The position numbers and the translations under genes were made by a program. A stretch of DNA of 64,000 nt from an uncultured Thiotrichales bacterium (GTDB lineage: Bacteria; Pseudomonadota; Gammaproteobacteria; GCA-2400775). How positions within the stretch are numbered: position 1 is the first letter of the stretch; the number at the start of each line of letters is the position of its first letter. The stretch lies in NCBI GenBank assembly GCA_964617475.1, contig CAZTYM010000007.1, positions 9,523-73,522 on the forward strand, read 5' to 3'. Positions 38,079 to 46,926 of the stretch are shown here, in pieces. The notes beneath the pieces were generated by a model. The model saw only the letters and a program-made list of their open reading frames with translations. It was not told the origin of the DNA and searched no databases.

Positions 38079-39184
38079 AGTTCTGGGACAATGGTGACGT
38101 TCGGTTTTTGGCTAGTTTCATAGGTGATGCGTTTGGCAAGCGTGGGTGTTATAAATACGTTGCTGTTTTTATCAATGATCATAACGTGCCTGATATTCAT
38201 ATTCTTTGCAATGTCTTGCCACTGATCGATGCCTGCTATAAATAAGGCTGTCGCGGCTGCATCTGCTACTGCGCCATTATTGTGAACAATGGTCACAGAT
38301 GCAATATCGCTCGCTGGGTATCCCGTGCGTGGGTCGAGAATGTGGTGATATCGCTTACCTTCATGTTCAAAATAACGTTCATAATCGCCCGATGTAAAAA
38401 CCGCTTCATCACCCTCAATTGTCAGTGACGCAAAAACACTTTGGTTTCGTGGGTGCCGTATGCCTATTTTCCATGGTCGTGCGCCAGCGCTACCTATAGC
38501 ACGAAGATCACCACCTGTATTGATAATGGCATTATTGATATTACGTTCTTTCAGTAGTTCTATGCTCTGGTCAACAATCACGCCTTTAGCGAAACCACCT
38601 AGGTCAAAACTGACAGGTTTGCCGCTGTTAACCAAGATGTGATCGCCATCAAAGCTAAATTTCTCAGCACTGGGTATTAGGCTCATTACGTTCTGAATTT
38701 CCGTAAGAGAGGGAGGTGCAATGGGCGTGTCTTCGCTATGAAAGCCCCATAGCTCACTGAGTTTGCCGAGTGCAGGGTGAAACAGCCCTTGGCTTTGTTT
38801 TGATAGAGATAGTGCAAGCGCTATAAGTGCAGCGTCGCCACTTTCTATAGGGCTACGACCAGTGGCACTGAGTGCCTGGTTAATTTCGCCCAGTTTGCTG
38901 GGTTGCCAAGCGTGCCAATGTTGATGAAATGCTTTCATTCTGGCGCGAATATCAGCGCTTAAGGCGTCTCCTTGTTTTGTTTCAACATCAAATAAACTCA
39001 ATTCCACCAAAGTGCCAAAGGCAAAGATTTGGCTGCGATAGATGTTTTCCTGTTGATCTTTGCTGCATGCACTTAGGAGGCTGAGGCAGAAAACGTAAAC
39101 AGCGATATGTAGTGATGTTTTAAGCCAGCTTTTGTTCAATTGCGTCAAATAGCATTGCGCTAATGTTGATATTGTAAATAGCAT
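38075..39184 (-). CDS. apbE: FAD:protein FMN transferase ApbE (lipoprotein)
   Basis: It has ApbE motifs FDLGGFAKG, TSGDYERYF and HHILDPRTGYP, and a lipobox LSLLSAC. The ATG at 39184 overlaps gshB by 65 nt. In-frame TTG codons at 39148 and 39139 (MNKSWLKTSLHIAVYVFCLSLLSAC) are alternative starts. Confidence 0.85.
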   Translation of the reverse strand: MLFTISTLAQCYLTQLNKSWLKTSLHIAVYVFCLSLLSACSKDQQENIYRSQIFAFGTLVELSLFDVETKQGDALSADIRARMKAFHQHWHAWQPSKLGEINQALSATGRSPIESGDAALIALALSLSKQSQGLFHPALGKLSELWGFHSEDTPIAPPSLTEIQNVMSLIPSAEKFSFDGDHILVNSGKPVSFDLGGFAKGVIVDQSIELLKERNINNAIINTGGDLRAIGSAGARPWKIGIRHPRNQSVFASLTIEGDEAVFTSGDYERYFEHEGKRYHHILDPRTGYPASDIASVTIVHNNGAVADAAATALFIAGIDQWQDIAKNMNIRHVMIIDKNSNVFITPTLAKRITYETSQKPNVTIVPEL

Positions 39185-40067
39185 CGAGTTGTCTTACACA
39201 GGTCGGACTGGTTACGTTAACTTCTGTTAGATAGTCACCGATAACATCAATACCGACAAATAATAAGCCACGTTTAATCAATTCTGGTCCTACCTGCGCG
39301 CATATCCATTTGTCTCTATCGCTAAGCTCGACCCCTTTACCGCTGCCGCCAGCAGCAAGATTGCCTCTGCTTTCTCCGTCGGCCGGAATGCGCGCTAAGG
39401 CATAAGGCACAGGGACACCATTAATAAGTAATATTCGCTTATCACCTGATGAAATTTCGGGAATAAATTTTTGTGCCATCACCGTGCGACGCGCATTACG
39501 GCTGACCGTTTCAATAATGACATTTTTATTTGGGTCGGTGGCGCTGGTTCGAAACACTGATTCGCCACCCATGCCGTCTAGTGGTTTAACGACAGCTTCT
39601 TGTTGTTCCTCTATAAACGCACGAATTTGTTTAGGGTCACGGCTAATCAAGGTATTAGCACAGCATTGAGGAAACCAGGATATAAAGGCTTTCTCGCTGA
39701 CATCTCGTAAACTTTGTGGTTTATTAACAACCAGGCAGCCTTGTTGTTCAGCTAGTTCTAAAGCGTAAGTGGTGTAAATATATTCCATATCGAAGGGAGG
39801 ATCCTTGCGCATCAGGATGACGTCGAGCCTGTGGAGTTCATGTTCTTGCTCATCGCTAAGATCGAACCAATTCGTTTTATCATCTCTGACTGTAAGCGCA
39901 CGGCTCGTACAATGGCTTGTTCCAGCTTGAATTGAGATATCCGACTGTTCCATATATCGAAGCTCGTAACCTCGGGCCTGAGCTTCGAGCAACATAGCTA
40001 ATGTGGTGTCTTTAGCAGTATTGATGCTACTGATGGGGTCCATGATTACCCCTAAACGAAGAGTCAT
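39120..40067 (-). CDS. gshB: Glutathione synthetase
   Basis: 315 aa. The N-terminus LGVIMDPISSINTAKDTTLAMLLEAQARGYEL and the ATP-grasp C-terminal half are typical of prokaryotic GshB. Confidence 0.95.
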   Translation of the reverse strand: MTLRLGVIMDPISSINTAKDTTLAMLLEAQARGYELRYMEQSDISIQAGTSHCTSRALTVRDDKTNWFDLSDEQEHELHRLDVILMRKDPPFDMEYIYTTYALELAEQQGCLVVNKPQSLRDVSEKAFISWFPQCCANTLISRDPKQIRAFIEEQQEAVVKPLDGMGGESVFRTSATDPNKNVIIETVSRNARRTVMAQKFIPEISSGDKRILLINGVPVPYALARIPADGESRGNLAAGGSGKGVELSDRDKWICAQVGPELIKRGLLFVGIDVIGDYLTEVNVTSPTCVRQLDAIYNINISAMLFDAIEQKLA

Positions 40068-40194
40068 GATAATTACTCATTTTTAACTGGTTTGATAGTT
40101 GAGCCATAGTGTAGCCGATATATTGAGGTAGGCGAAATCAACTTTTTTGCCTGAATTATGCTCTAAGAGTATGAAAATTCGAAAAATTTTACTC

Positions 40195-40210
40195 TGGCAC
40201 GGGTAATGCC
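40195..40210 (+). promoter_or_regulatory. Candidate sigma-54 (-24/-12) promoter upstream of pilG
   Basis: TGGCACGGGTAATGCC matches TGGCACG-N4-TTGCW at GG(-24) and GC(-12) with correct spacing. It lies about 55 nt upstream of the pilG ATG. Confidence 0.35.
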
Positions 40211-40265
40211 TTTGGCATAGCTGCCGACATATTTATTTAAGGAATTGATATGGGGTAGAACGCAT

Positions 40266-40685
40266 ATGGCTGATGGCAATCAGCTACTAGAAGGCATCAC
40301 GATAGTATTGGCAGATGATAGCCAAACCATACGCCATACCGTTGAGGCGGTATTGGGCGCGGCTGGCTGTCGCGTTGTATCTGCAGAGGATGGTTTCGAT
40401 GTTCTTGCAATGGTAGTTGATGAGATGCCGCACCTGGTGCTGCTCGATATCAATATGCCCAGATTGGACGGCTATCAGGCTTGCGCGCTCATAAAACAAA
40501 GTGATCGCTGTGGTCATATTCCTGTGGTGTTATTGTCCGCCCAAAATAGCGTATTTGATCGAGCGCGTGGCAAGGTGGTGCGTGCTGACAATTATCTCGT
40601 TAAGCCGTTTAGCCGAGACGAATTGATTGAAGTGGTTCGATGTCTTACTAAAAAAAGCCAGTCAGGCGTAGATGGGGTGATGTAG
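40266..40685 (+). CDS. pilG: Twitching-motility response regulator PilG (CheY-like)
   Basis: It closely parallels P. aeruginosa PilG (DDSQTIRHT...EDGFDVLA...MPRLDGYQACALIK...YLVKPFSRDEL). It is divergent from gshB. The track ORF begins at a TTG at 40245. Confidence 0.85.
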   Translation: MADGNQLLEGITIVLADDSQTIRHTVEAVLGAAGCRVVSAEDGFDVLAMVVDEMPHLVLLDINMPRLDGYQACALIKQSDRCGHIPVVLLSAQNSVFDRARGKVVRADNYLVKPFSRDELIEVVRCLTKKSQSGVDGVM

Positions 40686-41197
40686 TGGAGGAGAGACGTC
40701 AACATCAGGATCGCCGCAGAAGTGATCGCTACGGAAGCTTTGACAGCGAGCTATATGTTGCTTTCCGTTGTGCTGAATACCATTTTGTTTTTGAAAAGCA
40801 AGAAGTGATGGCAATAACGCCATTACCTAATATTATTTCATTGCCCTTGAGCCATCACTGGTTTGTTGGTGTTACTAGTATCAGTGGCTATATAGCCTGC
40901 GTTACTGATCTGAGCGCATATCTAAACCTGGAGCCGGCAATCACCAAGGAAGGTGCCAAATTGATTTTGACTGCGCATGGCGATAATGTCTTTGGTCTAG
41001 TTGTGGATTCAATTGTTGGGGTGATTGAATGTCAGTCTTGTGAACGTTCTCGCGCAATTTACCCAATTGAAATAGAAACTTTTACTTCTCGTCAGCGTTG
41101 TAATGGTGATCAGTGTTATGACGAGTTCGATATTAGGCGTTTGTATCTAGATCCTAAGTTCCAGAATGCGGTGACACTAACGTCGCATAGTTCCTAA
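40685..41197 (+). CDS. pilI: CheW-like coupling protein (PilI position) with Arg-rich N-terminal extension
   Basis: 170 aa with a GTG start sharing one base with the pilG stop. It has a CheW-like core (YVAFRCAEYHFVFEKQEVMAITPLP...FVGVTSISGYIACVTDLSAYL...FGLVVDSIVGV). Confidence 0.6.
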   Translation: MEERRQHQDRRRSDRYGSFDSELYVAFRCAEYHFVFEKQEVMAITPLPNIISLPLSHHWFVGVTSISGYIACVTDLSAYLNLEPAITKEGAKLILTAHGDNVFGLVVDSIVGVIECQSCERSRAIYPIEIETFTSRQRCNGDQCYDEFDIRRLYLDPKFQNAVTLTSHSS

Positions 41198-41233
41198 CAT
41201 TATTTATGCAAATAATCATATTTCACTAAGTTC

Positions 41234-43264
41234 ATGTCTAGTTTCGCCAGATACTTGCTGACACTATTTGCCGGTCGAAAAAGCTGGCATTTACTGTTGT
41301 TTTTATTTTTGATTATGCAACTTATTGCTGGTTTTTGGTTGTTACATCAGGAAAAACAGGCGGAGTCAGCTTACGTTGCGCAGCTACATGAACTGCTCGA
41401 AGCATCGGTGCGAATAGTGAGATATGCCGTTACATCGAGTCAACTGGATTTAGATTCGCTAGATAAATTAAGTGCAGGGGTCAGGCGTTATCAACGCGGT
41501 TTGGATACCATTCGTGCTTCTATATTGGCGAAAGAACCAGCAAGGGCGCAGTCCATAGATAGGCTTAATGCTGTATGGGTTCCTGTTCGCGATGCTGCAC
41601 AGAGATTATTAGGTCATACCAATGATCTGGCCGAGCTAAGAAAAGCTGTAGAAGAAACGGATCAACGTTTACCCGATGTGTTGTCACAATATGAGTCGGT
41701 AATTGGTGATCTGCAAGCAACGGTCAATGATGCATCAGATTTAAAGCTATTGCGTGATCAGCAACTTATTCTGCATAGAGTCGCTGCGAATATAAATACC
41801 GTCACAGGTGGAATATTGGGTGGCGTCGATGTTAACGCGCGTAGCGCAATATCGGGCTCAATCGAGTCAGATTTATTCTTGCTAGAAAAAAGTCTAGGTT
41901 TTTTGACTATAGGGGATGGTGAAGCCAGTCAACAGTCAGATGTATTAATTGGAGAGGTTTCCTTACGTATTCAAATTGAAAGTATGATAGAACAGCTGAA
42001 AGAGTTAGCTGGCTCAGTACGAACAGTTATCGAATCAGCAGCTGTTATGAGGGAAGTGAATAAATATTCTCAGGTGCTGGTAGAAGACGGTGGCGCATTG
42101 CTTAATCCTATTCAGGTGTTGGCAAAAAATAGCACTATGCGTTCTGGGAAAAAAAATATCTATACCGTCTGGATTGCATTTGCTGCAATATCTTTAGTTC
42201 TCTGGTTAATCTATGTTGGGTTTGAGCACATGCTTCGAGCTCGCTCAATTGCTGCGGCTGCCGAAAAGGACAAAGAGCATTTGCAATCGATGGTTGACGA
42301 TGTAGCAAGACAAATGGCCAGTTTTTCCGAAGGGGATCACGGGGTTAATGTTCGTAGCAAGACATATAGTGATCAACATCTTGTGGTGCAAGCTAACCGC
42401 ATGATTGAACATGTCTCAGCAGTTGACAAACAAATTCAAGAAAATTATTTGCCCATTATCAAGCGTGTTGCCGAAGCGGACAGCGAAATTGCCAGTTCTA
42501 TTGATCGTCAAACAAATGATATTGCACGCCTGAGCGTCGAATTAAATAACATCGTTGCAAGCAAAACATCGGGCTCCGCGTTGCTTTCCAATCACATGTC
42601 AAAAATAAATGGGCAACTGCAACAGCTAAGCACGCAAGTAGGTGCATTGAAAAACCATATCATTGGTCGCGATGAGCCGGAAGGAGATCGTGTTAGTGCC
42701 CATGAAGTGCGGCAACTACAATCCCATATAACGGATCGATTGGGGTCACTTTCTGATTTGTCCAAGCGTATTCATCAAGATGTCATAGATGCGAGTTCTT
42801 TGCTTGCTACGGCTATGTCTGGTGATCGCTCTATGCGTCGTAGTATTGAACAGCTGCAAACGTTAACTGGTCGTTACTTAGGGATGGTAGATGATATTGA
42901 AGCATTGCTCGCGAATATGGATACCGCGGTAGCGGCGTTACATACAGCAGATACTGAAAAACATGATGTTAAAGCTAAGTTTGATGCATTGGATCATGCC
43001 GTATCAGATGCGCTACTTGAAGCTGAGAATGGCAGTCAAGAGTTACTGGCAGCAGTTAATAACAGTGATGGTAAGCAAGCTGAACAGGCCGAGAGAGTAG
43101 CGCTGATTCTTGATGAGTTGCAAGATGGCAATCAACGTATGGCTGTGGTGGCAACGACCAGTGATATTGGCACAAAGGAATTAAACAAGTTGGCGTCAAA
43201 GCATTTGAAAAAAGTGCTTTCAAATGAGAATCAAAGCTCCAACAAAGAAGGGCCTTCTTCATGA
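41234..43264 (+). CDS. PilJ-like transmembrane chemoreceptor homologue with degenerate signalling tip
   Basis: 676 aa, versus about 680 for PilJ. TM1 is near residues 20-40, followed by an approximately 270-aa helical periplasmic region, TM2 near residues 309-331, and a post-TM2 segment SFSEGDHGVNVRSKTYSD resembling PilJ EIADGDLTVRARVTED. I cannot find the canonical MCP tip (LALNAAIEAARAGE-GRGFAVVA-EV). Confidence 0.55.
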   Translation: MSSFARYLLTLFAGRKSWHLLLFLFLIMQLIAGFWLLHQEKQAESAYVAQLHELLEASVRIVRYAVTSSQLDLDSLDKLSAGVRRYQRGLDTIRASILAKEPARAQSIDRLNAVWVPVRDAAQRLLGHTNDLAELRKAVEETDQRLPDVLSQYESVIGDLQATVNDASDLKLLRDQQLILHRVAANINTVTGGILGGVDVNARSAISGSIESDLFLLEKSLGFLTIGDGEASQQSDVLIGEVSLRIQIESMIEQLKELAGSVRTVIESAAVMREVNKYSQVLVEDGGALLNPIQVLAKNSTMRSGKKNIYTVWIAFAAISLVLWLIYVGFEHMLRARSIAAAAEKDKEHLQSMVDDVARQMASFSEGDHGVNVRSKTYSDQHLVVQANRMIEHVSAVDKQIQENYLPIIKRVAEADSEIASSIDRQTNDIARLSVELNNIVASKTSGSALLSNHMSKINGQLQQLSTQVGALKNHIIGRDEPEGDRVSAHEVRQLQSHITDRLGSLSDLSKRIHQDVIDASSLLATAMSGDRSMRRSIEQLQTLTGRYLGMVDDIEALLANMDTAVAALHTADTEKHDVKAKFDALDHAVSDALLEAENGSQELLAAVNNSDGKQAEQAERVALILDELQDGNQRMAVVATTSDIGTKELNKLASKHLKKVLSNENQSSNKEGPSS

Positions 43265-46200
43265 CAAAGATGAAGAAAGACATTTTGGAAACGCATACCG
43301 TTTTTAAACAAATGGGATCAGTTTTATTGGCGTGCCACGCATTAATAGAAGAGAAAAAAGAATGGGTTTCAGAGGAAGAGTTAGATCATTGTGTACGTGA
43401 ATTATCTTGCGTAGAAGGTGCGTTAAATCTAATTGGTAATACGACTTCTGCCTTATTATCTAATGAAATCAGTTCAGCTATTCGACTAGCTCAAAATGAA
43501 GAGAGCACAAATAAATCGACCGCTCTGATGATGTCGGCTAGCGCATTAAAAATATTGCTCGAGTCGATTAAAGAAGGTTTGTTTACTGCTGACGCAAATT
43601 ACCGACTGCTCTCGGTGATAAACAAACTCAGAGCGTTGCAAGAAAAAAAACCTTTGCCAGCGAGCGAAGTGTATAACATTGATCTAGACGTAGTGCCGGT
43701 AAACCAGAATTTAGAGGCGAATCACCGAGATTTTGCAGAGGTAGCGAAAAAACAAGGGCCAAAGCTTCAAACGGCGCTGTTGTCATGGTTTCAGAACTGT
43801 CAAAGCGCTGCTGCAATTGATGCCTTGGTTGATATTGCCGACAGTTTGCGTTTGTCGGCTTCTGAACGGCCTCATATACAGTTTTTCGAGGTTATTGCTG
43901 CACTAATTGACTCTCAGCGAGGCTGCGCGCATGTCAGTCAATCTATTCGTTTGTTGCTAGCATACGTCGAACGCTACGTCAGGCAACTGGCAGATATTGA
44001 AACTGAGCAAGGGTATCTGCCAACGACGATAACAAAAGAAGCTTTGTACCATATTGCCGCAAACGCTTATCAACGTAGTGATCGGGTAAAAGCTATTCTT
44101 GGTCGATACGGTTTACGCGACAGGCGTAGTCGCAAGCGAGACAAGCCCGGGGGGGAAGGATTGCAACCTGCGTTTCTCACTGGTGGTGGCGATAACGTTA
44201 AATCAGAATCTGGCTTGCAAGCGCTTAGAGAATGTCGGCGTGAGCTATCGAGTTTGGAGAGAGATATCGAAGCTTGGGTGTTAAGTCCAGACAAAGACAA
44301 GTTATTTACTGCGGCATATGAACGACTTTATAGGATTAGACACTGTTTTGATTTATTGGATATGTCAAGGCAAGCAAATGTTTGCGAAAACTTGCAAAAG
44401 GTATTGCTGGCAATTCATCAGTCACCTGAGGATAAGGATGGTGCCGTTCAACAATTAGCTGAAAGTATCGCTGCGCTGTCTTGTTCTATTGATGTAATAA
44501 CTTCTGCAGATGGTGCTCCTCCGATATCTATAAGTGAGTTATTAACAACAGCAGAAAGGCCATTTGATGAAACTAGTGATGGTGGCCAAGATATCGTTCA
44601 AGAACAAACGAAAGCAAGAAACGAAAACACAATTGAGCCAGAAGCAGTAGTTGATAATGATATAGAGGCTGTTAGTGATTTTTTTGAAGATACAGAAAGT
44701 TTGTTAGTTGAGTTCGATTCGCTTATCGAAACTTCAGAGTTGCTTTCGGTTTCAGACGATGATATCTCAGCACCTGAAGAAGAAAGTATGCCTTTGAAGC
44801 AGGTGCATGATTTATCTGAGAGCTTTTCTATCGAAGCTGCGGATTTATTGCATCAGATGCAGCAGCAACTAAACCTAATGCAAGGTAATATCGCTAGTGA
44901 GGAACCTGTCAACGCAATATTGCGGTTATTGCACACTTTGAAAGGGGCAGCGCGCATTGCTGGTCACGCAAAACTAGGTGATATGTCGCATGGCTTAGAA
45001 TCGACCTTGTCTTCAGTAGTATCAGGCATACTTCATATGACTCCGGAAATAGCGGAGTCAACGCGACAATCTATGGTCGCTATGCAGGCTTTGGTTTCTA
45101 GTCAAACTAGTGTCAACGAAGAACATGACATTTTTTTAGAATCTGAAGGCGAGAGCGAAGCCTTGGTTGCAAAAGAACACGAACATAGTGTGGAAGAAAA
45201 GCATGCTGTTGCTAGCGTGGCGTCAGAGCGTCGAGAAATACCCATAGCCCGGATGTTGCAACTTAATGCTGAAAACTTATTAGGACAATCATATTTGTCT
45301 GCAGAAATTCTACAGGCGATGTCTGCCGTAGCCGAGTTTGACCCTATTATTCACCGCTTATCAGATAAGTTCCACGATAAAAATATTCCAAAGGATAGCC
45401 AAGTGCGAATAGGTGAGGCGATCAATGATCTACGATTGGCCGCAAATCAGGCTTTACGATGTATTGATCAGGTCGAAAAGCGCTTGGATCACTTGCATAT
45501 ATCAGAATCGACGCTTAGGCAAACACTACTGACAGAAAAAATGGTGGCAATAGAGTCTGACGTTGTAGCTTACCATTCCCTTGTAGAACAGACTGCGAGT
45601 CAACTCGGCAAGAAAGTGTCCTTGCGCACGCATGGCTTAGGTTTGCGTATAGATCGCAAAGTATTATCAACCTTATCTGCAGCCATCGGACATTTAGTCC
45701 GCAATGCTATTGATCATGGTGTTGAGATGGATACTGTTCGTATTCATTCAGGTAAGCCTGAAACTGCCACCTTATCCATTGATGTCAAGGTTGATATCGA
45801 CGGTATCAACATTTCCGTAACTGATGATGGTGCTGGTATCGATTTACGAGCGATATGGAGAAAAGCTTTTGCGAAAAACCTTGTTAACGACAATGAAGTT
45901 TTTGACGAAAGTCGCGCATATTATTTTTTATTTGATGCTGCGTTTTCAACAAAAACCCTTGTCACTCAAGTCTCGGGTAGAGGAGTGGGTCTTGACGCAG
46001 TTAAAGCAAATATTGACCGACTAGGCGGGAAAGTAGGTGTAGACAGCGAAATTGGTCATGGGGCACGGTTCTGGCTCAGTTTACCAGTCCATTATGGTGT
46101 TGTACCGCATTTGATTTTTAAAGTCGGCGATCACCGATTTGGCCTGCCAGGGTTATCTGATAAGGTGGTTGTAGAAATTGACAGTATCGATTCTGAGCTA

Positions 46201-46926
46201 GAGGTTCACGGTAAAACCTATAGATGTATCGATTTATCAGATCAGTTGGGCTTGCCTCAACCATTGCTATCAGGCCAATCATGGCGAGCAGTTTTATTTG
46301 AGTATCAAGATGTTAACTATGCATTGATTGTTTCTCAAGTAGAAGGTGTAGAGAAGGTTACTAGTGATGCGCCAGTGGGACAACTACAACAGGCCGAATA
46401 TTTGCTTGGAATCGGCCTTTTGGAAGAAGGTGGTCTACTGCCTATTTTAAATTTGGCTTACTTTTTAAATAATGATAGCGAGCTGGCGGAGGTTAACCAC
46501 CAGTCTAATAATAGAGCAAAAGATCATTTGGCACAGGCGGTTTTAGTTGTGGATGACTCGTTAACCATCCGACGATACTGTGAAAACTTATTGCGTTCAA
46601 ATGGGTACAGCGTACTACTAGCCAAATCTGCTGAAGAAGCTTTGACGATGGCAGGTGAATCAAATATCGATATATTGCTAACTGACCTTCAATTACCAAA
46701 GATGGATGGTTGTCAGTTGATAGACGAGCTTCGCAGATTGACCGCATATAGTGACTTACCAGCAATACTTATCAGCGCTAGCCCACGTGATGAAAAAATT
46801 GTGCAGCAGCACAATATATCAAGTTGGTTAAGTAAGCCTTATACTGACCAAGAGTTATTCGACACTCTAGCAGCTCTAACGCCGCGACGGGAAAATGGGA
46901 ACTCTACTGACGATGCCATCGACTAA
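43261..46926 (+). CDS. chpA: ChpA/CheA-like hybrid histidine kinase (Hpt - HATPase - CheW-like - receiver)
   Basis: 1221 aa. It has an Hpt motif LLHTLKGAARIAGH (His codon 44932-44934), N-box HLVRNAIDHGVE, G1 VTDDGAGID and G2 GRGVGLD. It also has a CheW-like region and a C-terminal receiver VLVVDDSLTIRR...DILLTDLQLPKMDG...SKPY. It overlaps the PilJ-like stop by 4 nt. Confidence 0.85.
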   Translation: MTKMKKDILETHTVFKQMGSVLLACHALIEEKKEWVSEEELDHCVRELSCVEGALNLIGNTTSALLSNEISSAIRLAQNEESTNKSTALMMSASALKILLESIKEGLFTADANYRLLSVINKLRALQEKKPLPASEVYNIDLDVVPVNQNLEANHRDFAEVAKKQGPKLQTALLSWFQNCQSAAAIDALVDIADSLRLSASERPHIQFFEVIAALIDSQRGCAHVSQSIRLLLAYVERYVRQLADIETEQGYLPTTITKEALYHIAANAYQRSDRVKAILGRYGLRDRRSRKRDKPGGEGLQPAFLTGGGDNVKSESGLQALRECRRELSSLERDIEAWVLSPDKDKLFTAAYERLYRIRHCFDLLDMSRQANVCENLQKVLLAIHQSPEDKDGAVQQLAESIAALSCSIDVITSADGAPPISISELLTTAERPFDETSDGGQDIVQEQTKARNENTIEPEAVVDNDIEAVSDFFEDTESLLVEFDSLIETSELLSVSDDDISAPEEESMPLKQVHDLSESFSIEAADLLHQMQQQLNLMQGNIASEEPVNAILRLLHTLKGAARIAGHAKLGDMSHGLESTLSSVVSGILHMTPEIAESTRQSMVAMQALVSSQTSVNEEHDIFLESEGESEALVAKEHEHSVEEKHAVASVASERREIPIARMLQLNAENLLGQSYLSAEILQAMSAVAEFDPIIHRLSDKFHDKNIPKDSQVRIGEAINDLRLAANQALRCIDQVEKRLDHLHISESTLRQTLLTEKMVAIESDVVAYHSLVEQTASQLGKKVSLRTHGLGLRIDRKVLSTLSAAIGHLVRNAIDHGVEMDTVRIHSGKPETATLSIDVKVDIDGINISVTDDGAGIDLRAIWRKAFAKNLVNDNEVFDESRAYYFLFDAAFSTKTLVTQVSGRGVGLDAVKANIDRLGGKVGVDSEIGHGARFWLSLPVHYGVVPHLIFKVGDHRFGLPGLSDKVVVEIDSIDSELEVHGKTYRCIDLSDQLGLPQPLLSGQSWRAVLFEYQDVNYALIVSQVEGVEKVTSDAPVGQLQQAEYLLGIGLLEEGGLLPILNLAYFLNNDSELAEVNHQSNNRAKDHLAQAVLVVDDSLTIRRYCENLLRSNGYSVLLAKSAEEALTMAGESNIDILLTDLQLPKMDGCQLIDELRRLTAYSDLPAILISASPRDEKIVQQHNISSWLSKPYTDQELFDTLAALTPRRENGNSTDDAID

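Noticed and set aside
41234-43264. The idea that the missing MCP tip reflects a frameshifted or pseudogenised pilJ.
   Set aside because: The reading frame is continuous over 676 codons and of native PilJ length. It is coiled-coil-like throughout and translationally coupled to the kinase gene (ATGA overlap). This argues for divergence rather than disruption.
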